Source of the DNA: Candidatus Kuenenia stuttgartensis
GTDB taxonomy: Bacteria; Planctomycetota; Brocadiia; Brocadiales; Brocadiaceae
Reading direction: 5' to 3'
Assembly (NCBI RefSeq): GCF_900232105.1
Contig: NZ_LT934425.1
Coordinates: 3,060,001 to 3,092,000 of the forward strand
DNA length: 32,000 nucleotides
This document shows positions 1 to 11,127 of this stretch, piece after piece. Within the stretch, counting starts at the first letter, position 1. Every line of letters begins with the position of its first letter. Both the position numbers and the translations under genes were made by a program. The notes below the pieces were generated by a model, which saw only the letters and a program-made list of their open reading frames with translations, ran no database searches and was not told the DNA's origin.

Positions 1-245
1 ACACTACGCTTAACACTTATTGCCGAAACACCGAAGGCCTTCACTATTTGTTGTTGCTTGACATTACCGCCGACTACTAATTGACTGGTGATGAACCGAA
101 ATGATTCCAGGTCGTCTTCCTCATGACTAAACACAGGAAGTCTTCCGTGAAAATAATATATCTTGCTACCTATTTTCTCAAAACCTACCTGATTATTTAT
201 CAGTTTGCAGTCAGGGGAAAATAGGGGTAATACTAACTGTGGCAT
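1..245 (-). CDS. partial CDS (5' part) of a putative IS-associated HTH protein or transposase N-terminus; continues beyond the left edge
   Basis: Minus-strand ATG at 245 has a GGAGGG Shine-Dalgarno about 7 nt upstream, and the frame stays open to position 1 (MPQLVLPLFSPDCKLINNQVGFEKIGSKIYYFHGRLPVFSHEEDDLESFRFITSQLIVGGNVKQQQIVKAFGVSAISVKRSV...). It is absent from the ORF track because it has no stop in the window. The function is guessed from the HTH-like tail and the IS-rich context. Confidence 0.3.
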   Translation of the reverse strand, partial: MPQLVLPLFSPDCKLINNQVGFEKIGSKIYYFHGRLPVFSHEEDDLESFRFITSQLVVGGNVKQQQIVKAFGVSAISVKRS

Positions 246-740
246 GAGTACCCTCCCTTTCTCCGAAAAAAAGGGATCATATCATTTTCCACCCACGTAT
301 GGCAATGCCTTCTCTCTATATACACCTATCTCTACACAATTCAATAGCTTACATACTTTTTGACTAAAAAGGCACTTCCTGGGTTCTGAATCTGAAGAAT
401 CAATTCAATAAACTTGACTATAGAACTACAGTTGCAAAACATACCAACAAACCGCCCACATCACCTTAGATTAGGCTGGGGTTTTAAAAGGCAAAAATCC
501 CACGGCATTCATTTTTATCCACATTTATTTTCACACTTTTGACATATAGTCAAACAAATAAGGTTTTCGAAAAATTTACACCTCCCGTCCCTTCTATAAA
601 GAGGGAATTAAGGGGCGTGCTTGTATAGTATGCTTAGTCAAATAAATCTGTTTTTTAGAAAGCCATTTTATTGCCAAATTCCTAAAATCATATTTGTTTG
701 GCTATATTCCATTTTTTCCCTTAGAATATAGTCAAACAAA

Positions 741-1268
741 TCAGGTTTTCGAAATTTGCTCGCCAATAATTTGAAAATTTTCAGTTAAAAGAGTAGACAA
801 TTCATCTGTATACTCGTTAATATTTTTGAAAAAACTTAAACATTTGTTTTTAAACTTCTCATAAGTATCATAATACTTGTTATACAATATTTTTTTGCGA
901 AAGAATTTCCATAATCTTTCAATGAGATTTAAATTGGGCGAATAGGAAGGGAGAAATTTGATCTTTATTCTCGAATTTGCAAGGTATTCTTTGACCAACT
1001 TAGACCTGTAATATTTAGCATTATCAGAGATTATGTAAATAGTACCGGCTTGAGCATACCTTGACTCTATTTCATGGAAAAGCTTTATTGTTGATTGAGC
1101 ATTGATGCTTTCATCTTCCCGGATTGTTACTTCAAAGGTTTCTATGTCAATAGCACCGTTTAAATTTATTCTTTTCCTGCCGGTATTAGAGGGTATTTCC
1201 TTCTTTTTGCCTTTCTCTATCCAGCAATATGCAGACGTAGAATTATGCTGTGGATGAACTCCATCCAT
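741..1268 (-). CDS. IS630-family transposase, DDE catalytic part (downstream frame)
   Basis: Motifs are typical of IS630: MDGVHP, IISDNAKYYRS, LPSYSPNLNLIERLW. The frame is open upstream of the annotated Met to about 1363 (..FQAKQNPEKQKEFIENYKQLKEEKAPGDKILFMDG), overlapping the end of ORF 1342-1779 in the +1 frame. Confidence 0.8.
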   Translation of the reverse strand: MDGVHPQHNSTSAYCWIEKGKKKEIPSNTGRKRINLNGAIDIETFEVTIREDESINAQSTIKLFHEIESRYAQAGTIYIISDNAKYYRSKLVKEYLANSRIKIKFLPSYSPNLNLIERLWKFFRKKILYNKYYDTYEKFKNKCLSFFKNINEYTDELSTLLTENFQIIGEQISKT

Positions 1269-1341
1269 AAAAAGTATCTTATCTCCAGGGGCTTTCTCTT
1301 CTTTGAGTTGTTTGTAGTTTTCGATAAATTCTTTTTGTTTT

Positions 1342-1779
1342 TCAGGGTTTTGCTTTGCCTGGAACTATTGTAGTTTTCTTGTAAGTAAAGCCTAATCTAT
1401 CGAGGGTATGTACCATTCCTTCGGGTGTATAGATTTTATTGAATGTCTGTTTTACATATTCAACAATTTCTTTTGCCGCACTATAGTTGTTTTTCCTGAT
1501 ATGATCTTTTAATTGTTCTTCTTGTTCGCAGGTGAGTTTTGGCACACAGCCAATATAATTGTCAGATAAAAGCCCGTCAAAACCTTTATCTTTGTATAGT
1601 TTTTCGTAATTCCTGATTGTTTGATCGTCTAACAAGAGCGCCTCTGCTACTTTTTCATAACTCCATCCTGAATCAAGAAGAAGTATAGCTTTGATTCGGT
1701 CGGCATGACGTCTATGAGGCTCTTTCTTATGTGCTTTTTTAAATTCTATTCGGGTTTTTTCACTGAGAAATGGATTCAT
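1342..1779 (-). CDS. IS630-family transposase, N-terminal HTH part (upstream frame)
   Basis: The 145-aa ORF has a helix-turn-helix-like N-terminus and ends ...TTIVPGKAKP*. The downstream DDE ORF frame is open across this stop. Confidence 0.8.
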   Translation of the reverse strand: MNPFLSEKTRIEFKKAHKKEPHRRHADRIKAILLLDSGWSYEKVAEALLLDDQTIRNYEKLYKDKGFDGLLSDNYIGCVPKLTCEQEEQLKDHIRKNNYSAAKEIVEYVKQTFNKIYTPEGMVHTLDRLGFTYKKTTIVPGKAKP

Positions 1780-1917
1780 GCAGAATTTAATACTCTAGAA
1801 ACAATTCAAATGCAAGAAAAAAACAGATTTTTATAAAAATAAATGCTTTTTACTATACCACCTGACAATTGTCCTGTTTTTTTCATCAGATTAAAAAAAG
1901 TGTAAAAGAATGTCATC

Positions 1918-2265
1918 GTGCTAAAAAAGCTGCTCACCACCACTATACTACTATTTATTATCGCAGCCTTCGTGTTATTTGTAGCGAAATCACTTCAAAA
2001 AACGAGCGGATTCAGACTTATGGGAGGTAGGAGCAAAAGTAGTATAACGATAACAAAGGAAGAAATATATTTATGGGAAAATTATAAAAATGGCAAACTC
2101 TCCGGTGTAATTGGGAAAGCGCATCACGGGGAAAAAATTGTGTTTATCAATAGAATGGAAAAGGCGGCTTTTGTAAAAACCGCAAAAGGGCAGGTAGGCT
2201 GGGTGTATACACGCAATATTAAAGAGTCCCCTAATAGCGGTATCTTTACAATCTCCACAAAATAA
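1918..2265 (+). CDS. small membrane-anchored protein with an SH3b-like C-terminal domain
   Basis: The 115-aa ORF has an N-terminal hydrophobic helix (LLTTTILLFIIAAFVLFVA) and a C-terminal pattern (AFVKTAKGQVGWVYTRNI) reminiscent of bacterial SH3 domains. It has a GTG start and no clear SD. Confidence 0.4.
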   Translation: MLKKLLTTTILLFIIAAFVLFVAKSLQKTSGFRLMGGRSKSSITITKEEIYLWENYKNGKLSGVIGKAHHGEKIVFINRMEKAAFVKTAKGQVGWVYTRNIKESPNSGIFTISTK

Positions 2266-2425
2266 TCCAACCAGCATAAAAACATCTTTCCGGTCTATCA
2301 TTGTGGTGGACATTCTCCCATAAGTGCAAGATAATAAATACACCTTTATTAATAGGAATTTTAAAAATTACTCGTTAGGAAGAGGGACAAGGGGAATGAT
2401 TCGTTGATTCATTTTTACATACTCC

Positions 2426-4298
2426 TTAACCATTTAGCGGATGTTCACCCCTGCCAAAACGCATAAGTGCTTAATAAATAGTTTGTTAAGGCTGTATTTT
2501 TAATAAATATGTAGTCACTAATATATTGTTATTATACGACAATATACTTGACGGATAATGGTTGTTATCTGTACAATGGTGGACATGCATATTGTAGAGA
2601 ACAAGTCAAAATCCGGTAAAAAAATCTATCGATCTACCCTTCTGCGGGAATCGTACCGTGAGGATGGGAAGGTCAAGAAACGCACCATTGCGAATCTGTC
2701 GAATTGCACTCCCCTGGAGATTGAAGCGATAAGACTTGCACTCGCACATAAAGACGATCTCTGTGCATTGGGCGCATTGTCAGAATCGGTGAAACTCCAT
2801 GAGGGTTTGTCTGTGGGAGCAGCGTGGAGCGTGTACCAAGTGGCAAAGGAATTAGGGATAGAAGAGGCATTGGGAAAGGACTTTGAAGGAAAGCTGGCGC
2901 TTTGGCAAGTAATGGCAAGGGTAATAGGCCAGGGGTCAAGACTGTCTGCAGTAAGGTTGGCGCAGATACATGCTGCGGGTGACGTCCTGGATATGAAGCG
3001 TGGGTTTGACGAGAACAATCTGTACGATAATTTGTCATGGTTGTCAGAGAATCAGGCAAAGATAGAGCGAAAGCTGTTTGAGTTAAGACGAGGAGGCAAT
3101 AAGCCGAAGTTGTTTTTGTATGACGTGACGAGCAGTTATTTAGAGGGGAAGTCGAATCATTTTGGTGAGTACGGGTATAATCGTGACGGCAAAAAGAGGA
3201 AAAAACAGATAGTGATCGGTATGCTTTGTGATGAATCCGGGGAGCCGGTATCAACAGAAGTATTTAGGGGCAACACCCAGGATCCGAAGACCTTTGAATC
3301 TCAGGTAAAGAAGGTATTAGAGCGGTTTGGATGCAAAGATGTAACGATTGTAGGAGATCGTGGGATGATCAAGACGGTGCAAATCGAAAGTTTACCGGAA
3401 GGGTTTCATTACATAACGGCGATAACTAAGCCGCAGATAGAGTCGTTGATAAATAAAGGGATACTGCAATTAGGATTGTTCGAAGAAAAGCTCTGCGAGA
3501 TAAAGGATGATGAGGTTCGATATATTCTGAGGCGCAATCCGGTAAGGGCGGAAGAGATGTCAAAGACCCGTGTATCAAAATTACAGAGTATAGAGAAATA
3601 CATCGTGAAGAAGAACAGTTATCTGAAGGAACATCCTAAGTCGTCAGTATCGAAGGCCCTGGAAACAACAAGGGAAAGGCTAACGAGATTGAAACTTGAT
3701 GGGTGGTTGCAGATAAAAGAAGAGGATAGGACGCTAAAGATAGAGAGAGCTGAGGAAGCATTAAAGGAGGCATCATACCTTGATGGTTGTTACGCAATCA
3801 AGACTGATCTTGAGGAGAACGAGGCGGATACCAATCTGGTACATGAACGATACAAGGATTTAACGGAAGTGGAGAAGGCGTTTCGGGACTGTAAGACGGT
3901 GAATTTGGAGGTTCGTCCGGTGTATGTAAGAAAGGAGGATAGTACACGGGGACATGTGTTTGTGGTAATGCTTGCGTACATGATAATTCGAAGGCTGCGC
4001 AGAGCGTGGAAGAATTTTGACTTGACGGTAGAGGAAGGTCTCGCACAATTGACGACCATTTGTTCGATGGAAGTAACAATCAAAGGCCAAAAAGCTAGTT
4101 GCCAGAAGATCCCGCGTCCGCGGCAACAATCACATGAATTATTAGAGGCATTACAGATAAAGTTGCCAGAAGTATTGCCAAGCCGGAACATACGGGTAGT
4201 CACTAGAAAAAAGCTTGCTGTTCGGCGTAAAAGTCAATAAATATAAGGCTTTTACGGCACTTTTGTTTTTTGACTTGGGGTGAACATCCGATTTAACC
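2426..4298 (+). mobile_element. IS1634/IS4-like insertion sequence
   Basis: The terminal inverted repeats are CGGATGTTCACCCC at 2438-2451 and GGGGTGAACATCCG at 4277-4290, with TTAA-containing extensions outward to about 2426 and about 4298. A single long transposase ORF lies inside. Confidence 0.7.
2558..4240 (+). CDS. IS1634-family (IS4 superfamily) DDE transposase
   Basis: The 560-aa ORF has an N-terminus (IYRSTLLRESYREDGKVKKRTIANLS) typical of IS1634-type transposases, plus DVTSSY, VGDRGM and YKDLTEVEKAFR segments. The true start may be a downstream Met (MVDMHIV). Confidence 0.85.
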   Translation: MVVICTMVDMHIVENKSKSGKKIYRSTLLRESYREDGKVKKRTIANLSNCTPLEIEAIRLALAHKDDLCALGALSESVKLHEGLSVGAAWSVYQVAKELGIEEALGKDFEGKLALWQVMARVIGQGSRLSAVRLAQIHAAGDVLDMKRGFDENNLYDNLSWLSENQAKIERKLFELRRGGNKPKLFLYDVTSSYLEGKSNHFGEYGYNRDGKKRKKQIVIGMLCDESGEPVSTEVFRGNTQDPKTFESQVKKVLERFGCKDVTIVGDRGMIKTVQIESLPEGFHYITAITKPQIESLINKGILQLGLFEEKLCEIKDDEVRYILRRNPVRAEEMSKTRVSKLQSIEKYIVKKNSYLKEHPKSSVSKALETTRERLTRLKLDGWLQIKEEDRTLKIERAEEALKEASYLDGCYAIKTDLEENEADTNLVHERYKDLTEVEKAFRDCKTVNLEVRPVYVRKEDSTRGHVFVVMLAYMIIRRLRRAWKNFDLTVEEGLAQLTTICSMEVTIKGQKASCQKIPRPRQQSHELLEALQIKLPEVLPSRNIRVVTRKKLAVRRKSQ

Positions 4299-4320
4299 AC
4301 GTAACAAATATGTTGCAATA

Positions 4321-5856
4321 TTATTTTAAACGGTAAATAAGAAATCCTCCTGGAACGGCAATGTCCTTTACCTGAGCCGTCATGTTGTAAAACGGTTGCT
4401 GTATAAAATGTGCCAGATAATCTTTGTCTGTGTTATAAAAAACAAAAAGGGCGGTTTTGGGCATTTGCCCTTTGTAGGTTATCTGCCCGTATAGCTTTTC
4501 TTTCTCCGGGGTATTTCCTCCGCCTCCCAATATGACGGGCCAAAGCAGTTTTATCCTGTGTCTTTGATCTTCCGGAGTTAAATAGTAGAAGGTAAATACG
4601 TTAATATTGGAAATAAAAATGTATTCTGCATCTGACTGAAGCAGTGCTTCTGTGATCTGGCGGTGATCGTAATAATCCCATGTATTGTCGGTTTTACCGC
4701 CCACATAAATAGAAGGTTCTATTACGCCGTTTGAACGGCTGTTTGGAATATAATAATTTGTAGCCAACAATATCAAATTTATTAAAATCACAATACCTCC
4801 CAAAACACGCCACATCCCTCTATTAGCGTTTGTCTTGCAAAACCCTAAGAAAACAGGTAATACCCATGCGATAATCAGCCATATGCGCGAACCGACAGAA
4901 CCGAATGGCGTAATTTGCCATATACCGGCAAAGTTAATGGCAATAAAGGTAATGATACCCCAAAACATCTTCTTTTCTGTTTTATCATGTTTTGAAATAA
5001 GGAATATTGTTGCGAAGATCGCTAATATTGCCGGGATTCCCCATACGAAGGGAAGGATGCTCCCCCCTGAAAACCGCGCGTAAAGTCCGTCTCCCGATAG
5101 GGTATAGAGAAGATTTAAGAGAGCGGTTTTCAATGAAGCCGGCGGAATGGAAGGTTTTTGGGGAAATAAGTCCATTCCCAGCGCAAGCATTGAAACAAAC
5201 CGTGGTATCAGCCCAATTGAAAACCCGATAAGGCAAAACATACCATGGATTAAAAAACACCGCAGTCCGGGCCACATGAATAGTGCATAGCAAATGACGA
5301 GAGAAACTGCGCTTGGGAGAAAAATTACGTGATTCCAGATTCCAAACGACAGAACAAAACCGGCGAGTATCCATCCTGTTATCCGGACGTATTTTTTTGC
5401 GTTATTACAGAGTTTTACGTATATCCAAATTGTTCCGAAAAAGAAAAAGGGATTAAGCACAAAGACTTCTCCGCAAAGCCGTGAAAGCATGACAACGGGC
5501 GGGAAGGTGAGAAGAAGTCCGGCTGTCCATCGCGCCCGGTTAATGCAATGTTGCCGTGTAATATCAAAAATTGCAATAATGGTTATGAGGGTAAAGACGG
5601 GACCCAGACACCGCAGACTCCATACAGAATTCCCAAAAAACCATACGCAAACAGCAAGCATGTATGAATGTACCGGAGATGTATAATTGTTGAAAATACC
5701 GGTGAGAGGCCGCACTCCTTCAAGAATCATTTCCGCTAAGAGGCCAAATATCGCTTCGTCTCTGTGGATACCGACAATGTCATCCAGTCCCCAGAACAGG
5801 ATGGCGATTCCTCCAAAAAAGCCAATAAAATACCAATATATTTTTTTAGCAATCAA
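4321..5856 (-). CDS. GT-C superfamily (ArnT/PMT_2-like) membrane glycosyltransferase
   Basis: This is a 511-aa polytopic membrane protein with a first-loop motif HRDEA after TM1, as in the ArnT/PMT family, and a soluble C-terminal region of about 130 aa. Confidence 0.55.
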   Translation of the reverse strand: MIAKKIYWYFIGFFGGIAILFWGLDDIVGIHRDEAIFGLLAEMILEGVRPLTGIFNNYTSPVHSYMLAVCVWFFGNSVWSLRCLGPVFTLITIIAIFDITRQHCINRARWTAGLLLTFPPVVMLSRLCGEVFVLNPFFFFGTIWIYVKLCNNAKKYVRITGWILAGFVLSFGIWNHVIFLPSAVSLVICYALFMWPGLRCFLIHGMFCLIGFSIGLIPRFVSMLALGMDLFPQKPSIPPASLKTALLNLLYTLSGDGLYARFSGGSILPFVWGIPAILAIFATIFLISKHDKTEKKMFWGIITFIAINFAGIWQITPFGSVGSRIWLIIAWVLPVFLGFCKTNANRGMWRVLGGIVILINLILLATNYYIPNSRSNGVIEPSIYVGGKTDNTWDYYDHRQITEALLQSDAEYIFISNINVFTFYYLTPEDQRHRIKLLWPVILGGGGNTPEKEKLYGQITYKGQMPKTALFVFYNTDKDYLAHFIQQPFYNMTAQVKDIAVPGGFLIYRLK

Positions 5857-5970
5857 GGCTATTTGTATGCAGGTGTAAAATAGTTAAACGGTTCAATTAT
5901 TGTAACTTCTCAACTTATTGATAGTACCTTATCTGTAATTTCTTTGCATTTTTTTGCAAAATATTTAATG

Positions 5971-6150
5971 GTGAAATCCGAAATGCTAAATACGAAACAA
6001 ACTCTAATGACAAAGCATAAAATTCAAAACAAATCCCAAAATACCCAACAATACGAAGCACGAAATACGAAAGATGCGCTTGTTTAGCATTTCAAATCAT
6101 TTTGTCATTAGAATTTGTTTCGGATTTCGTGCTTCGTACTTGTTTAGTTC
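5971..6150. repeat. intergenic heptanucleotide-periodic repeat block forming a long imperfect palindrome
   Basis: Read in 7-nt register the block gives GTGAAAT CCGAAAT GCTAAAT ACGAAAC ... ACAATAC GAAGCAC GAAATAC GAAAGAT ... TTTCGGA TTTCGTG CTTCGTA CTTGTTT. The right arm is the complement of left-arm units (for example GAAATGCTAAA / TTTAGCATTTC and CTAATGACAAA / TTTGTCATTAG). Confidence 0.6.
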
Positions 6151-6211
6151 TGGCTATGCCAGCTTAGGTGTGAACATGAGCATTCATCTGCTTATGTAAT
6201 GAATGTGGGGA

Positions 6212-7303
6212 TCACGCGAGGCCGTTAAGAATTTTTATGCCCTTTTCGATGGTTTCTTCTGTAGCGGCGTAAGAAATGCGGAAATGTGTGTGGCGTTCAG
6301 AAAATACGCTGCCCGGAATGATTAACAGATTGTTCTTGATGGCGGCCATAACAAATTCTTCATCGGTCCCCCAGGGAACCTGCGGGAAGAAGTAAAAAGC
6401 CCCTTCGGGTTTTATGATCCGGAACTTGTCTTTCAGCCCTTCGTACATCATGTCCCTTTTCTTCCTGTAATCCGCAATATATTTGCTCAGATCAAATCCC
6501 CATGACCGGAACACTGCGTATTGTGAAAAGGAAGGGGCGCATACAAAGGTGTATTGCTGAAGTTTTATCATTTCCTTTATGATCGTTTCCGGACCTGCTG
6601 CGTAACCCAAACGCCACCCGGTCATGGCAAAGGATTTGGAGAATCCGTCAAGTATAAGCGTTTTATTATAATACTTTCCTATACTCTCAAATTCGTTGTT
6701 ATAGTCGTAGTCATGATATATCTCGTCGGAAATTACCAGCAGGTCATGTTTTTTTGCCAGTTCTGCGATATCTTTTAACTCCTGCGGCGTATTCATCACC
6801 CCTGTGGGATTGGCAGGACTGTTTATGACGATTATTTTGGTTTTTTTTGTGATATGCGGCTCAATACGTTCCGCGGATAATTTGAAGTCGGGATATGTAT
6901 CAACAAACACTGATTTTCCGCTGCAAAAATTCACCATGTGTTTGTAAATAACAAAAGCGGGGTCAGGAATTATTACCTCGTCTTCATGATCTACCAGCGT
7001 CATAATCGCTAAGGTTAATGCGCCTGAAACTCCTGAAGTGACCATAATATCTTCCGCAGTCACCTCTCTATCTTTTTTAAGGCGGTCCATCAGCACATTG
7101 CGAAGTTCTGGTATACCTTGCGTCAATGTGTATTTGTTTGCGCCTTCATTTATGGACTTAATCGCTTCTTCTTTGATCTCTCCGGGAACATCAAAGTCCG
7201 GCTGGCCTATGCTGAGGTTTACCGGACTTTTCATTTTTTGTGCAAGGTCAAAGACCTTTCTGATGCCGGAGGAGTCTATATTAGACATCCTGCTGGCAAT
7301 CAT
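6212..7303 (-). CDS. class I/II PLP-dependent aminotransferase (aspartate/aromatic type)
   Basis: The 363-aa ORF has INSPANPTG and SKSFAMTGWRLGY (PLP-lysine motif). Confidence 0.85.
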   Translation of the reverse strand: MIASRMSNIDSSGIRKVFDLAQKMKSPVNLSIGQPDFDVPGEIKEEAIKSINEGANKYTLTQGIPELRNVLMDRLKKDREVTAEDIMVTSGVSGALTLAIMTLVDHEDEVIIPDPAFVIYKHMVNFCSGKSVFVDTYPDFKLSAERIEPHITKKTKIIVINSPANPTGVMNTPQELKDIAELAKKHDLLVISDEIYHDYDYNNEFESIGKYYNKTLILDGFSKSFAMTGWRLGYAAGPETIIKEMIKLQQYTFVCAPSFSQYAVFRSWGFDLSKYIADYRKKRDMMYEGLKDKFRIIKPEGAFYFFPQVPWGTDEEFVMAAIKNNLLIIPGSVFSERHTHFRISYAATEETIEKGIKILNGLA

Positions 7304-7545
7304 TTTTTCGCCTTTCCTGCCTTTTCTGCCTTTCCTGCTTTTCCTGCTTCTGCCGGTTCAACTTTCTTTGGGGCCTTGCCTTTTCGCTTTAGTTTTTCCA
7401 CTTTTACCTTGGGGAGACCAAAAACAGATGTATCCTGATCCCAGCGATTCTCTGCCTTAAGTATTGCGATACGTTCCACCTTTCTATACACATTTCTCGG
7501 CCTCGAAAGTTTCCCTTTTGGTTTTAAACTCTTATCAATGCTCAT
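7300..7545 (-). CDS. small basic protein (lysine-rich, planctomycete-type SBP family)
   Basis: The 81-aa ORF begins MSIDKSLKPKGKLSRPRNVYRKVERI..GLPKVKV. It overlaps the aminotransferase start by 4 nt. C-terminal AGKAGKAEKAGKAKK repeats arise from a 9-bp DNA periodicity. Confidence 0.55.
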   Translation of the reverse strand: MSIDKSLKPKGKLSRPRNVYRKVERIAILKAENRWDQDTSVFGLPKVKVEKLKRKGKAPKKVEPAEAGKAGKAEKAGKAKK

Positions 7546-7561
7546 ACTTCTCCTCCTTATT

Positions 7562-8518
7562 TTATCTCATACGTACGGGATAGCATCCCGAAAACTGTTT
7601 TTTATTTTGATATTCGAAATTGGCAACGTCCCTTTGGGTTTTCGTTAAGTCGGCGCTATTCAAATCGTCAAATTCTCCCACACAAACAAAAAGCTCTTTT
7701 CCCGTGTTGACAACAAAAGAGCTATAACCTAATGATTCCTGCAACATACCTGCTATTTCTTTGGCGCGTTGCACATTTGCCTTTGAATTTTTATAGGAAA
7801 TCACGCGTATCGTCCACCGGTCCTTTATTATTGCATTATCCTGGATAACGAGTTTCGCATCGCTGCCTGATTTCTTTTCAACTTTCGAAGCAGTATCCTT
7901 TGCCGTCTTCTCTTTCGGTGCGTCAATGTGTTTTAACTGACCAATACCGCCAGGTTGAGTTTTCTTCGGCTCTATTGTTTCCAGCCACTCTTCCGCCTGG
8001 TTGGTTATTCCCTTATTGTACCCCGCCTTGTGTCCCACAAAGAAACAGGCAACGGAGAGAAAAGTAGCCGCAATGGCGCCAATGATGAGCGTTTCCTGCC
8101 GCAATACCACCTCGTCTTTACGTAGCACCACTTCATCTCTCAAAGGAGCAGGCGGCGTAGCAATTGTTTGCTTTGAAGGAATGGGTTCTGGCGTAATAGG
8201 GCCATGCGTTGCATGCCTTTTCTCCGTCTTTTTTTCAATCGAAAGTGCTTCCGTACTTGTATTTTTAATCCATTGTAAAGGGTCAGATGTTCCTGATTTT
8301 CCCCTCATTTCTGAAGAAGCGGATGCAGGTGGTGGATTCGTGGTTAAGCCTTTAGATTCCGGCTTTTCATTCTGCGTAACCGGAGTTCCAACTTCTTGCG
8401 GCGGTGTTGTTTCTGCAGCCTCTGCATTTGGTTGCAATTCTTCTTTTTGAACACCGTCTTTTTCCTGAGGTTTTTTAAACAACTCAAAGAAAACTTTAGA
8501 ATCACTTCCTTTAACCAT
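7562..8518 (-). CDS. SPOR-domain membrane protein
   Basis: The 318-aa ORF has a Pro/Thr/Glu-rich N-terminal half and one TM segment (LIIGAIAATFLSVACFFVG). The C-terminal pattern is SPOR-like (RWTIRVISYKN...AKEIAGML...GYSSFVVNTGKELFVCVGEF). It contains a tandem DEVVLR duplication. Confidence 0.6.
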   Translation of the reverse strand: MVKGSDSKVFFELFKKPQEKDGVQKEELQPNAEAAETTPPQEVGTPVTQNEKPESKGLTTNPPPASASSEMRGKSGTSDPLQWIKNTSTEALSIEKKTEKRHATHGPITPEPIPSKQTIATPPAPLRDEVVLRKDEVVLRQETLIIGAIAATFLSVACFFVGHKAGYNKGITNQAEEWLETIEPKKTQPGGIGQLKHIDAPKEKTAKDTASKVEKKSGSDAKLVIQDNAIIKDRWTIRVISYKNSKANVQRAKEIAGMLQESLGYSSFVVNTGKELFVCVGEFDDLNSADLTKTQRDVANFEYQNKKQFSGCYPVRMR

Positions 8519-8857
8519 AATTCATCACCCCTTTATGCGGGATCTCTAAGAAAATATGTGGTTAATTACCACATCATTAAAATGAAAAAGTGATTCAATT
8601 ACGCAGGTTTTTCCCCGAACGACCATCAACACAGTAAATAATTAAACGCCGCAAACCCTGACTTCCTTTATGAAAAACAGCATACATTTTTCAACGTTAT
8701 TGTTTTGTTGTCTGAAAGGAGGCGGTTTTTACCGTAAAATTATTATCGGATTAAGTTTAACGATAATACATAACGTTAGCGTTAAAAAACACGTTTTAGC
8801 GAGTTTATAAAAAATGCAGAATAAAGTCAAGTGATTCCATCATTATAACAGAATACG

Positions 8858-8885
8858 TTGACTCTTATATAAAGTTTGTTATACT
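8858..8885 (+). promoter_or_regulatory. candidate sigma70-type promoter upstream of ligA
   Basis: TTGACT (8858-8863), a 16-nt spacer, then TATACT (8880-8885), about 90 nt upstream of the ligA GTG. Confidence 0.3.
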
Positions 8886-8965
8886 GGCAGCTTAAAATTC
8901 CTTTCATCCGGAAAATTACATCAGGGAGAACCTGGTTTTCCATAAATTTTTCTCTAAATGGTTAA

Positions 8966-10999
<2,034 letters not shown>

Positions 11000-11069
11000 T
11001 TCAGCAGCCGGCAAATTGCAGATTGAGGACTGCCGACTGAGGATTGAAGATTGAGGACTGCGGATTGTA
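11000..11069. repeat. heptanucleotide tandem repeat downstream of ligA
   Basis: In 7-nt register: GCCGGCA AATTGCA GATTGAG GACTGCC GACTGAG GATTGAA GATTGAG GACTGCG GATTGTA. It shares the 17-mer CGGCAAATTGCAGA.TG with the block at 30408-30463. Confidence 0.6.
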
Positions 11070-11127
11070 TAAATTGTTCAATGGTAATAAGGATTTGATA
11101 ATCTTAATTTCAAAAGGGATAACCTAA

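Larger units (their letters stand above)
624..1857 (-). mobile_element. IS630-family insertion sequence (about 1.2 kb), boundaries approximate
   Basis: It encloses the two transposase ORFs. The candidate imperfect termini are TATAGTA...AAATCTGTTTTTT at 624 onward and AAAAACAGATTT...TACTATA ending at 1857, TA-type ends as in IS630/Tc1-mariner. An internal 33-bp segment (ATATAGTCAAACAAAT.AGGTTTTCGAAA, 726-758) has a second copy outside the element at 544-577. Confidence 0.55.

Noticed and set aside
2626-4203. Multiple minus-strand ORFs (2626-3018, 2673-3254, 3790-4203 and others) inside the IS1634-like element.
   Set aside because: They are antisense shadows of the long transposase ORF, with Ser/Pro/Arg-rich nonsense composition.
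7038-8450. Plus-strand ORFs 7038-7460, 7118-7438 and 8001-8450.
   Set aside because: They are antisense to well-supported minus-strand genes (aminotransferase, SBP, SPOR protein) and show repeat-driven low complexity.
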